Source of the DNA: an uncultured delta proteobacterium
GTDB taxonomy: Bacteria; Desulfobacterota; Binatia; UBA9968
Direction of reading: 5' to 3'
Length of the DNA: 64,000 nucleotides
NCBI GenBank assembly: GCA_963745835.1
Contig: CAVUZH010000016.1
Location: forward strand, 64,001-128,000
A program made the position numbers and the translations under genes. This document shows, piece after piece, positions 21,207 to 29,843 of the stretch (positions are counted from its first letter, which is position 1; every line of letters begins with the position of its first letter). The notes beneath the pieces were generated by a model. That model worked only from the letters and a program-made list of their open reading frames with translations. It made no database searches and was not told where the DNA came from.

Positions 21207-22187
21207 CTAGGACTTCTTGTAAAGCTTTTCGAAAAAGCCCTCCCGAGTAAGCTTCTCGACAATTGAGTTGTCCTGGAAAGTCTCGGCGGGAATCCCCCGT
21301 TTGCCCATAAATTCCAGGATTGTTTGCACTGCCTCGGGTTGGGCGAGTGGGATACGATCCAGATATGTGACCGAGTCGCGATAGTGATCTTCGATTTGCT
21401 TTGGATCACTGAGATGCCCGTACTTGGCGATGATCTTTAGCGCGCGGTCCTTGTTCTGATTCATGAACGCCACACCTTCGGCATAGGCACGGACAATTCC
21501 CTCGACCGTTTCCGGACTGCGCTTCAATGTATCGCGGGATACCGCGAGCATGTTCATCGAATATGGAATACCCATGTCGACCATATTGACCAGGATCTTC
21601 GGTACGGTTAGAGAAGGCCCGCGCAGTTCGCCGGTAACGGCGCCGGCGATCTGACGATTCTGAAATGCCGCCGCTACTTCCATGGTTCCGCCCATCTGGC
21701 GCACGTTGACGTTGCCTTCCAGTCCATGTTTTCGCAGCAAGATGCGGGTCAAGTTATCAGTGATCGAGCCGAAGCGCGTGACACCGAGAGTTTTTCCTCT
21801 TAAATCTTCGAGCCGGTTGATATCCGGCTGGACGAACAGCCGATGATAAGGCCGGTTGGCGGTTCCGCCGACGGCGACAATCGGCGCGCCGTTCAGAACT
21901 GCATTGATAACCGCATTGCTCGCCGCGCTGCCGCCGAGCAGATCGCCGCCGATCAGAGCCTGCACCACCACCGGACCGGAAGAAATGAAAATAATATCCG
22001 TCTGGATGCCGTTCTTCTCGAATGCGGCGATCTCCTTGGCCATCCACACGCCGGTCGCCATCGATCCCACCGAGGAGTACGCAAACTTCAGACGTGATTG
22101 AGCTTCGGCGACGGAGTGAATCTGAACGCCGAGAAAGATGGACACCACAAACACCGCGGCTTTCCAAAGCTTCAATCCAAGGCTCAT
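21207..22187 (-). CDS. ABC substrate-binding protein (NitT/TauT-like)
   Basis: GVWMAKEIAAFEKNG, LRGKTLGVTRFGS; closest paralog is 19018..19998. Confidence 0.85.
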   Translation of the reverse strand: MSLGLKLWKAAVFVVSIFLGVQIHSVAEAQSRLKFAYSSVGSMATGVWMAKEIAAFEKNGIQTDIIFISSGPVVVQALIGGDLLGGSAASNAVINAVLNGAPIVAVGGTANRPYHRLFVQPDINRLEDLRGKTLGVTRFGSITDNLTRILLRKHGLEGNVNVRQMGGTMEVAAAFQNRQIAGAVTGELRGPSLTVPKILVNMVDMGIPYSMNMLAVSRDTLKRSPETVEGIVRAYAEGVAFMNQNKDRALKIIAKYGHLSDPKQIEDHYRDSVTYLDRIPLAQPEAVQTILEFMGKRGIPAETFQDNSIVEKLTREGFFEKLYKKS

Positions 22188-22286
22188 GGCTGATCCTTTC
22201 GCACAAGTTGATACGATGTTTGCTTCAGGCTCGCGAGCCTCAGCAGCAACGAACAGCACAAAGTCGAATGTCTTTCATGTTTACTG

Positions 22287-24551
22287 TCAGGTTCGTGACC
22301 GGTGAACGGAAGTTGTGGGTCGCCCGGCATCTTTGATTGCGCGCCAGACTTTTTCCGGGGTCAAAGGCAGCGTCTTGATCCGCGCGCCCGAGCACCAGGC
22401 GATCGCGTTGGCGATCGCCGGAGCTACCGGAATGATCCCGCCTTCGCCCAAACCCTTGGCGCCGTACGGTCCAGGACCGTTAGCATCTTCGATGAGAATG
22501 GAATCGAATTGCTCGGGCACGTCATCGAAGCTCGGCACTTTGTAATCGACCATGCCGGCATTGATGATTTGGCCGCTATCGAATTGATAAGCCTCATAGA
22601 ACGTGTGTCCAATACCCATCATCGCCGAACCCTCGTCCTGGCCCTCGCAGTGCAGCGGATGCAGCGCTTTGCCGGCATCGGCTGCCGTCACGTACTTGTG
22701 CACGTGTACTTCTCCGGTCTCCTGATCGACATCCAGCTCCACCGCGCCGATGCCGATTTCCCAGAACAGCGGATTTGCCGGAGTGGGCGCCATGCCGCTA
22801 TGGGCGTAACCGCGGCCGACAAGCTCGCCTCCCTGCATGGCAAAATGCTTGTGAATCAATTCGCCGTAAGAAACTTTCTTTCCTCCGGCTATGGCCTGGC
22901 CATCTTTCAGAGTGATAGCTTCCTCCGGCGATTCGAAGTGTTCCTCGGCGAGCTCGAGGATCTGCCGGCGAGCATCGTTTCCGGCTAACTCAACTGCTTT
23001 GCCCATGACAGTCGTCGAACGGCTCGACCCGGTGGAGCGATCAAACGGCGTGAAAGCAGTGTCGATGGGGCGGATCGTGACCCGCTCCAGCGGCACCGAC
23101 AACTCTTCAGCAACGATCTGGCTCATAACTGTCTTGGCGCCCTGCCCGAGCTCCACCGTTCCACACAAGAGAACCACGCTGCCGTCAGCGAGCACATGCA
23201 CCGTTGATGTCGAAGCTAGAGGTGCTCCGGGATCGGTGGTGCCAAATCCCACGCCCCGACCCCGGCCGGTTTTGCTGAGCGCTCCATCCCAGCCCAGCTT
23301 GTCGGTGACGAGTTTCAGTCCCTTAGCGAGATCGGCATCCAACGGTTTGAGTTTGGGTCTAATCTCTTCGCCTTTCTTGACGAGATTCTTTAGCCGTAGC
23401 TCAACAGGATCGAGCCCGAGCTTTTGCGCGATGATATCCATCTGTGACTCGGTGGCCCAGGCAGTCTGCGGCCCGCCGATGGAACGGAAAGAAGCGGCGG
23501 ACACCGTGTTCGTATAGACACAGTAGGAGTTGATCTTCAGATTAGGATAGCGGTATGGCCCAAGTATGCGTGTCAAAGTTCGACCGGTCACGATTGGACC
23601 GGTTTCAGCGTAGGCGCCGGTATTGAGATAAATCTCCGCCTGCTTGGCAAGCAGGGTGCCGTCTTTTTTCACGCCGGTCTTGAGCTTGCATTGGACCGCG
23701 TGACGTCGGCAAGTCACCATCGCTTCAGCGACATTGAGTGCCACCCTAACCGGCCGTTGCGCTTTGCGCGCCAGGGCAACCACAAGCGGCTCGATCTTTC
23801 CTCCCGACTTGCTGCCATAGGCGCCACCGACGAAATTCACATGGACGCGGATCTTCGACAGCGGGTAATGATATATTTCCGCAATCTCCTGCCGCACGCC
23901 GAATGGGTGACCGGTCGACGTCCAAATATTGATCCCGTCGCTATCTACCTCGGCAATCGCGATGTGCGGCTCCATCGAGTAGTGATAGATCATCGGAAAC
24001 TCGAAAGTGTCCTCGAAGATCTCGTCGGCCTCGGCAAAGCCGCTTTCCACGTCGCCTTTGACAAGGTCGGTCTCGAAGCAAATATTTTTCTCGGCAAATT
24101 CGTGAATTCGCGGCGCGCCGGCTGCCAACGCATCCTCTACGTCGATAAGCGCCGGCAGCTCCTGGTATTCGACGGCGATCCTGGCTAACGCCTCCTCCGC
24201 GGTAGCCCGATCGACGGCGGCAACCGCCGCCACCGGCTGGCCGGCAAAGATTACCCGGTCCACCGCAATGATCGGGTGATCTCGGTTTTTTCCGCGCCCC
24301 ATGTACGGGCTCACATCGCTGAAGTCTTTGCTGGTGATCACAGCGATCACGCCAGGCAATGCTTCTGCTTCCCGTGTATCTATCGAGAGGATGCGCGCAT
24401 GCGCGTACGGACTGCGCAGAAATTTTCCTTCGATCATGCCGGGGACGATAAGATCACCGGCATACCTGGCCCTGCCGGTTACCTTGTCGGCGCCGTCAAC
24501 ACGCCGGACGGAAGTGCCGATGATGGAGAAATTACGCTTTTCTGCCTTCAA
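22287..24551 (-). CDS. Xanthine dehydrogenase family molybdopterin-binding (CoxL-like) large subunit
   Basis: RVDGADKVTG, LRSPYAHARI, VGGAYGSK, SFRSIGGPQ, ELGQG, GSSRST, GPYGAKGLGEGG. Confidence 0.92.
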   Translation of the reverse strand: MKAEKRNFSIIGTSVRRVDGADKVTGRARYAGDLIVPGMIEGKFLRSPYAHARILSIDTREAEALPGVIAVITSKDFSDVSPYMGRGKNRDHPIIAVDRVIFAGQPVAAVAAVDRATAEEALARIAVEYQELPALIDVEDALAAGAPRIHEFAEKNICFETDLVKGDVESGFAEADEIFEDTFEFPMIYHYSMEPHIAIAEVDSDGINIWTSTGHPFGVRQEIAEIYHYPLSKIRVHVNFVGGAYGSKSGGKIEPLVVALARKAQRPVRVALNVAEAMVTCRRHAVQCKLKTGVKKDGTLLAKQAEIYLNTGAYAETGPIVTGRTLTRILGPYRYPNLKINSYCVYTNTVSAASFRSIGGPQTAWATESQMDIIAQKLGLDPVELRLKNLVKKGEEIRPKLKPLDADLAKGLKLVTDKLGWDGALSKTGRGRGVGFGTTDPGAPLASTSTVHVLADGSVVLLCGTVELGQGAKTVMSQIVAEELSVPLERVTIRPIDTAFTPFDRSTGSSRSTTVMGKAVELAGNDARRQILELAEEHFESPEEAITLKDGQAIAGGKKVSYGELIHKHFAMQGGELVGRGYAHSGMAPTPANPLFWEIGIGAVELDVDQETGEVHVHKYVTAADAGKALHPLHCEGQDEGSAMMGIGHTFYEAYQFDSGQIINAGMVDYKVPSFDDVPEQFDSILIEDANGPGPYGAKGLGEGGIIPVAPAIANAIAWCSGARIKTLPLTPEKVWRAIKDAGRPTTSVHRSRT

Positions 24552-24852
24552 GTGAAACCTTTCCTCTTGCCTAGTTCATCAGAACTGTGCTTGGCGGTTA
24601 CCCAGGGACGATTTGCAACAATAGCCTTCGTAAACCGACGAGCTGTAAATACATCCTTCCCGTATATTGGCGCTAAATTCCTGTCAAGCTCTCTGGCCAT
24701 TTGACCATCATCTATCGCGGCACAAAAGGCGCAAGTCGATCACAAGCGCGGCGTCGAGTTTGTTTTTTATTTTTCCGATTTAGCTTTCATCTTCTGTGCG
24801 AATCCTTGAGCACCCCATCCATAGATGCGATGATGGCCATACAATTCATTGA

Positions 24853-25848
24853 ATGCCTCGTGAAACGACACTCTCATTGCGCAGCTATATCTCGAGAACT
24901 CTCCTGCTGATTTTATTCAGCTCGTGCAGTGTGCCGGCGCCCTCCGGTTTGGTTCAATTGCGCCCTTTTCAAATCGAGTCGAAGGAGAACCAACGGACGG
25001 AAATCGATGGGCTGATACTGTTGGGCGCTTTCGAACTCCGCTCGCGACATCCGCAATTCGGCGGCATTTCCGGACTGAGCATAGGCGCCGACGGCAGGCT
25101 TTACGCCGTCTCCGATCGCGGCTATTGGCTTTCTGCTCGCATGCGGCATGACAGCGAAGGCGCCCTAGTAGACCTGCTCGATTGGCAAATCAAACCCATT
25201 TTAACCCCGGAAAGAACTCCCACCGATGGACTGCTGACGGACTCGGAAGCGCTCGCCGGCGCGCCGGACGGGTCGTTCATCGTCGGCTTTGAACAGACCC
25301 ATCGCTTGTGGCGCTATCCGCCGCCGCCGATGACGTTCGATTCCCCGGCGCAGGCAATCCCAGCTCCGCACGATCTTGCCAAAGCGCCGCGCAACGGCGG
25401 TCTTGAATGCGTTACCGTTCTCCCCAGCGGAGAAATTCTCACCCTTGCGGAAGAACTGCAAAACAAAGACGGCAGTTTCAAAGGCTGGCTCATCGATGAC
25501 CAGCAAGCGGTGGAGTTATCTTACTTGCCAAGCGCCGGCTTTCGAGCATCGGATTGCGCGGCGTTGCCAAATGGCGATGTCATTGTCCTCGAACGGCACT
25601 TATCGATATTTCTCGCCTTTTCGGCGCGCCTGAAGCTCATTCGAGCTGCGAGCATACGGCCGCATGCTATGCTCAACGGTGAAGATCTGCTCCGGCTCGA
25701 TCCGCCGCTTCGGCTCGACAATTTCGAGGGTATCGCAATACAGGAGGATGCAGCCGGAACTTTGATCTACCTCATCTCGGACAATAACTTCCAGCCGTTC
25801 CAGCGCACACTGCTGTTGCAATTTCGCCTTCCTCGGACCGCTTACTAA
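24853..25848 (+). CDS. Esterase-like activity of phytase family protein
   Basis: FGGISGL, AVSDRG, DSEAL, NGGLE, LDNFEGI, LISDNNF..QRTLLLQF. Confidence 0.85.
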   Translation: MPRETTLSLRSYISRTLLLILFSSCSVPAPSGLVQLRPFQIESKENQRTEIDGLILLGAFELRSRHPQFGGISGLSIGADGRLYAVSDRGYWLSARMRHDSEGALVDLLDWQIKPILTPERTPTDGLLTDSEALAGAPDGSFIVGFEQTHRLWRYPPPPMTFDSPAQAIPAPHDLAKAPRNGGLECVTVLPSGEILTLAEELQNKDGSFKGWLIDDQQAVELSYLPSAGFRASDCAALPNGDVIVLERHLSIFLAFSARLKLIRAASIRPHAMLNGEDLLRLDPPLRLDNFEGIAIQEDAAGTLIYLISDNNFQPFQRTLLLQFRLPRTAY

Positions 25849-25853
25849 AGTAA

Positions 25854-25930
25854 TCAGAGGTTGAAAAACTCTCTTCACGGGCTGTTCAAAAGATTTCAGA
25901 GCCGAGGCGCCCGACGTTCGATGAGCTGAG
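25854..25930 (+). repeat. Left half of MITE-like ~155-bp repeat (interrupted by IS110)
   Basis: GGCTGTTCAAAAGATTTCAGAGCCGAGGCGC...GAGCTGAG aligns with the intact copy at 41487-41569. Confidence 0.85.
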
Positions 25931-25945
25931 ACTTTCTATGAGCCC

Positions 25946-25951
25946 TGTCAA
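25946..25951 (-). promoter_or_regulatory. -35 box (TTGACA) of circle-junction promoter; pairs with -10 TATATT at 27428-27423 after excision
   Basis: Junction reads TTGACA-gggctcatagaaagtCT-TATATT, a 17-nt spacer. Confidence 0.8.
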
Positions 25952-25969
25952 GCCCCATCGATTTTATTT

Positions 25970-27195
25970 TCACGCTGCCTGGCGCAATTTCTGTCGTGCA
26001 ATGTTGGCCAAGTGGTGGGTTTCGTCATAAGGTTTATGATCTCTCCACAGCACAAAAATAATTTTCAACCACTTCGCTCCCAAAGCCCGAAGTGCTTGGG
26101 GATGGCTGTGTCCTCTGGCCCGTTGGTCTCGATAAAAGGCCTTGGCCCACTGGCTGCGGTTTATCGAGATAAAAGCAAACCAGTAGACGGCGTAGCGCAA
26201 TTGTTTGTTACAAGAAAACCGAAACTCAACAATGCGACTCTTGCCACTCGATTTGGTCACCGGGACTGCTCCCGCTTCGGCCTGAAGGTGCTTAAAGGAT
26301 TCCCATCGAGCTGGGGCATCTCCCAGCTCGGCCCAAAGGGCCGGCAGCAACGTTCCGCTTTTCCCTCCCGGCAGCTTCTCCACAAGCCTAGCGGCCGGTG
26401 TAGAGGCGAAAAAACGTTCGACCTTGTCGCTGTACTTCTCAATGCTTCGCAGCGAAGCCTCAAGCTGATCGAGCAGCACTTCGAGCAACTGCGCCTTGGC
26501 TCTGACGACGTGATCGGGAACCACAAGTTGCGGCTTTTTCAGCTCCTCCCACCGCTTGGCACTGCGTGCTTTACCAAGATGAGGATGCTGCTGGGCAAAT
26601 CGGCTCCACTGCTTACGGCTAAGCTTCGAGAGCGCCGTTGGCGTCGAATACTGCTTGAGAAAGTCTACTGCTATACGAGCCTCCAGATCCCCAAAAACCT
26701 CCACCGGTCGAGGATAGTACTCCTTGAGAGTGAACTTGAGCTGATTGAGCAAACGCGTTTTGTGACGCACCATTCTTTGCTGATCCCGGGTAAGCAGCTT
26801 AAGCTCCTGGGCCTGCTCAGAGCTTGGCCGAAGGGGCCTGAGGTGACCGTGGTCGGTTCGAAGAAAGTCCGACAGTACCCAAGCGTCAAAGGGGTCGCTC
26901 TTGGATTGGCTCATGCGAAACCGGTCCCGAGCACGATCCAAGACCTTGGGATTGACCGGATAAACCACCCCCCATGATCCAAAAGAAAATCCACAATGCG
27001 CCCGTGGGGCTTCTCGATCGCCGCCCACAGCTCCACCTGCTCAGCTCTGCTCTGATTGAGCCAATGCGCCAACTCCGCCAGCCCTTCAGGGTTCTCTTGG
27101 ACTTTCATCTCCATTACCTTTATCCCGTTCTCGTCGCCACCGTAGAGCTGGTGTACTCGGTCTGCCCAATCTACTCCCAGATAGTATCGTGGCAC
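25970..27195 (-). CDS. IS110 family transposase/bridge recombinase (DEDD_Tnp_IS110 + Transposase_20), frameshift in homopolymer ~26970
   Basis: YLGVDWA, AAIEKP, VYPVNP, KSDPFDA (DEDD), and GAVPVTKSSGK (catalytic Ser), CNKQLR, ALRALGAKW; AAGGAGG RBS. Confidence 0.92.
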
Positions 27196-27231
27196 TTTGT
27201 TGTCCTCCTTCTTTGCTTACTTTACTCCAAT

Positions 27232-27415
27232 AGCTGTGAACGGAACGTTAGCCTTATATCGGTCCTCGACGGGACAACTTTCCATAGAACTTTTGACTCC
27301 GTTCTTTTGCTGGTCGGGACAGTCTCAGCTAGATCCTCTAACGGAATCGCGTACGTAAGGTCCTCTAACCAGCAAGCTTCTTGGACGACAATGCAATATC
27401 TATCATCGAGTATGA
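27232..27415 (-). ncRNA. Putative IS110 bridge RNA (target-binding and donor-binding loops)
   Basis: Stems 27368-75/27307-14 and 27298-304/27238-44 enclose guides CGUACGC, AGCUGAG(ACU), (AUG)GAAAGU and AUAUAAG(GC), which match the flanking target and the element-end donor. The 5' and 3' ends are approximate. Confidence 0.88.
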
Positions 27416-27430
27416 CTACAGTAATATAAG

Positions 27431-27503
27431 GCGTACGCTTCAGTACGTTGAAGCGAGTCGGGCGAGCGCAACGAAGGCTATAAGTCTTTTCAACAGCCTG
27501 TCA
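27431..27503 (+). repeat. Right half of MITE-like repeat
   Basis: GCGTACGCTTCAGTACGTTGAAGCGAG...GAGCGCAACGAAGG...TCTTTTCAACAGCCTG aligns with 41569-41642. Confidence 0.85.
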
Positions 27504-27570
27504 GTGCGTTGACACTAATAGGTTTCCTAGAGTAAGCCTGAGCCAAATCGACCATCACTGTGTTCTCAGC

Positions 27571-28671
27571 ATGCTCGATAACCAACCGACCTATATTTTC
27601 GCCGCGGAGTATCTGAAGAACTTTTCCGCTGCGGTATTCATGCACTTCGGCATTTCGGCAGAAGATGCCGCGCAAGCGGCGGATGTGTTGGCAACAAGCG
27701 ATTTACGCGGCATCGACTCTCATGGCGTCGCGCGCCTGCACACCTACTTCGAAATGCTCGATTTAGGCAGGATCAATCCCAGCCCCAACATCCGAATCGT
27801 CCGCGAGAAACACAGCGTCGCAACGATCGACGGGGACAACGGTTTGGGTCTGGTGGTGGCGCCCAAGGCCAATGCCATCGCCATGGACAAAGCCGAACAA
27901 CATGGCTCGGGCTGGGTGAGCGTCTGCAACACCAATCATTTCGGCATCGCCGGCTACTATCCTTTACAGGCGCTCAAGCGCGATCTCATCGGCTGGGCGA
28001 TGACCAACACGACCAAACTAGTGGCGCCGCTGTGGGGCGCGGAGAGAATGCTGGGAACGAATCCGATCGCCATTGCTTTTCCGGGATACGAAGAGCCGCC
28101 CATCGTCATCGACATGGCGACCAGCGCCGTGGCTTACGGCAAAATCGAAATCGCGCTGCGCAAAAAGGAATCCGTTCCGAAAGGCTGGATCGTCGACCGA
28201 GACGGCCGCGACACGACCAATCCGCAAGAGATGATCGACGGCGGCGCGCAACTGCCGCTCGGCTCGGAAAGAGATTTAGGCGGTCACAAAGGTTATGCCC
28301 TGGCCGCGATGGTGGACATTCTCTGCTGCGTGTTGAGCGGCGCCAACTGGGGTCCGTTCGCCCCTCCCTTTGCGCTGCGGCAGGAGATTCCCGAGCGCTC
28401 GGTCGGCAAAGGCATCGGACATTTCTTCGGCGCCATGCAGATCGACGGCTTCATCGACAAAGACGAATTTAAAAAGCAGATCGATGAATGGATTCGAATC
28501 TTTCGCAGCACCAAACCCGCTCCCGGCACCAACGGCCCCCTGATCCCTGGCGACCCGGAGCGAGAGGCGGAAGCCATCAGAAGCAAAGAAGGAATTCCGT
28601 TACTCAAACCAGTTATTGATGACTTGATGGATATATCGAGGAAGACCGGGATACCGTTTGAGATGAAATGA
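27571..28671 (+). CDS. Ldh_2 family (malate/L-lactate/ureidoglycolate-type) oxidoreductase
   Basis: DLRGIDSHG, IDGDNGLG, TNHFGIAGYY, GTNPIA, DMATS, GHKGYALA, IPGDPE. Confidence 0.92.
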   Translation: MLDNQPTYIFAAEYLKNFSAAVFMHFGISAEDAAQAADVLATSDLRGIDSHGVARLHTYFEMLDLGRINPSPNIRIVREKHSVATIDGDNGLGLVVAPKANAIAMDKAEQHGSGWVSVCNTNHFGIAGYYPLQALKRDLIGWAMTNTTKLVAPLWGAERMLGTNPIAIAFPGYEEPPIVIDMATSAVAYGKIEIALRKKESVPKGWIVDRDGRDTTNPQEMIDGGAQLPLGSERDLGGHKGYALAAMVDILCCVLSGANWGPFAPPFALRQEIPERSVGKGIGHFFGAMQIDGFIDKDEFKKQIDEWIRIFRSTKPAPGTNGPLIPGDPEREAEAIRSKEGIPLLKPVIDDLMDISRKTGIPFEMK

Positions 28672-28763
28672 TGAGCTTCTTCGAAAAAGGACGGGAGCCC
28701 GGTCTTCGTTTGATCAAACGGCTTGTCTAAATCGCAACCTGAGCCAATTTCCCGATTCGACCG

Positions 28764-29155
28764 TTATTTTTTAGATTTCTCTTTGTCGGTTTCGGGCTCT
28801 GCCAACTCTTTTTCCAGTTCTTCTAGAGGCGGTAAGAGCTTCTCGACCGCTTCCTTGACCACCGGCAATCATGCTGCACGATCCGCCATATGCGTTTCAG
28901 ATCAATGCCTTCATAAGCGTGGATCAGAACGTCTCGGAAACCGGCCATCAGACCCATGAGATCTTGAGAATGCGCTCTACAGTATGCCTCAGGCACTCGT
29001 TTCGCCGCTTCACCAATAATCTCAAAATTGCGGATCACAGCATCCTGAAGCATCGTATCGTTGTGAAATTCTTTCTCGCCGCCCTTAGTGTAGCGCTCGA
29101 TTTTTTGCGCGCATTCCAAAATGTGGGCGAGGTCGACACGCGGATCTTTCTTCAC
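28764..29155 (-). pseudogene. HepT-like HEPN ribonuclease (DUF86) toxin, frameshifted/partly deleted
   Basis: HILECAQKI, QDAVIRNFEIIGEAAK, RDVLIH (R-x4-H). The usual IPW segment is missing and the tail continues in another frame. Confidence 0.8.
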
Positions 29156-29430
29156 AAAGGCCTGGCTTCCTTCAAAATGCGCCGTTCCGATAAAAAAGGT
29201 GTCCCATGCTCACGATTCTGGCGATATTCTTCACCGCTTAAGATCGTTGGGGCAAGATTCATATCTTTAAGCGAGATCGATATCGAGAGACTCTTCGACG
29301 ATCCGGCGGTAAAGCGCTCTGTCCTTATCCTGAACTACCACCAAAACATCGAGATCGGACTCCTCGGTCCCTTCATCGCGCGCCCTTGACCAAAGAGACG
29401 TATCGACAACAGCTTGGAGCGAAATGCGGA
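29152..29430 (-). pseudogene. Minimal nucleotidyltransferase (MNT) antitoxin remnant
   Basis: Across frameshifts it reads IRLFGSRARDEGTEESDLDVLVVV...NLAPTILSGEEY...TPF then ERRILKEARPL*, overlapping the HepT GTG start. Confidence 0.7.
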
Positions 29431-29434
29431 CCAC

Positions 29435-29843
29435 ATGCTCTCCGAGTTAGTCCGGGTCGCGAAACCCGGCGGACGGGGGGCGGTTATAGTGCGAGCGATC
29501 GATATCCCATTGGTGGTGAATGTCCCACTTCGCCCCGAGCTGAAAACCAAAGCTCAAATCCCCCCCGGGTTCGTAGGGGCACGGGGTGTGCCGATGCTAG
29601 CCTGTATCTACATTTTCATCAGGCGGGGCTGACGCACACGCAGATATGGCCGCAGTTTGCCGCCTCTGAGCAGCCCGATACGGCTCAGGCGCAGTTAGCG
29701 CACGGCGCTATTCTCTGTGCCCTTAGCGCCGAGGAAACGCAGGAGTGGCACACGGGCATGGCGCAAGCAGTGGCGATGGAACCTATTTTATTGCGCAGCC
29801 GTTTCACTGCGCCGCCGGAACAAAGGCCGAGACGCCGGGTTAA
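29435..29843 (+). pseudogene. C-terminal fragment of SAM-dependent methyltransferase
   Basis: MLSELVRVAKPGGR motif followed by frameshifted ...FHQAGL...FIAQPFHCAAGTK. The N-terminal SAM-binding motif is absent. Confidence 0.55.

Larger units (their letters stand above)
25931..27430 (-). mobile_element. IS110-family insertion sequence (1500 bp), CT core, inserted in MITE
   Basis: Removing 25931-27430 restores the repeat. AG (CT on the minus strand) flanks both ends at 25929-30 and 27429-30. There are no terminal IRs, a long non-coding left end and a DEDD recombinase. Confidence 0.93.

Noticed and set aside
22287-24551. Aerobic CO dehydrogenase CoxL
   Set aside because: Lacks the AYxCSFR loop and has no coxM/coxS.
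26012-26977. 321-aa plus-strand ORF inside the IS110
   Set aside because: Antisense shadow of the recombinase; no motif or RBS.
26960-26980. Programmed ribosomal frameshift in IS110 recombinase
   Set aside because: IS110 recombinases are single ORFs; the break lies in a 6-nt homopolymer in an indel-rich assembly.
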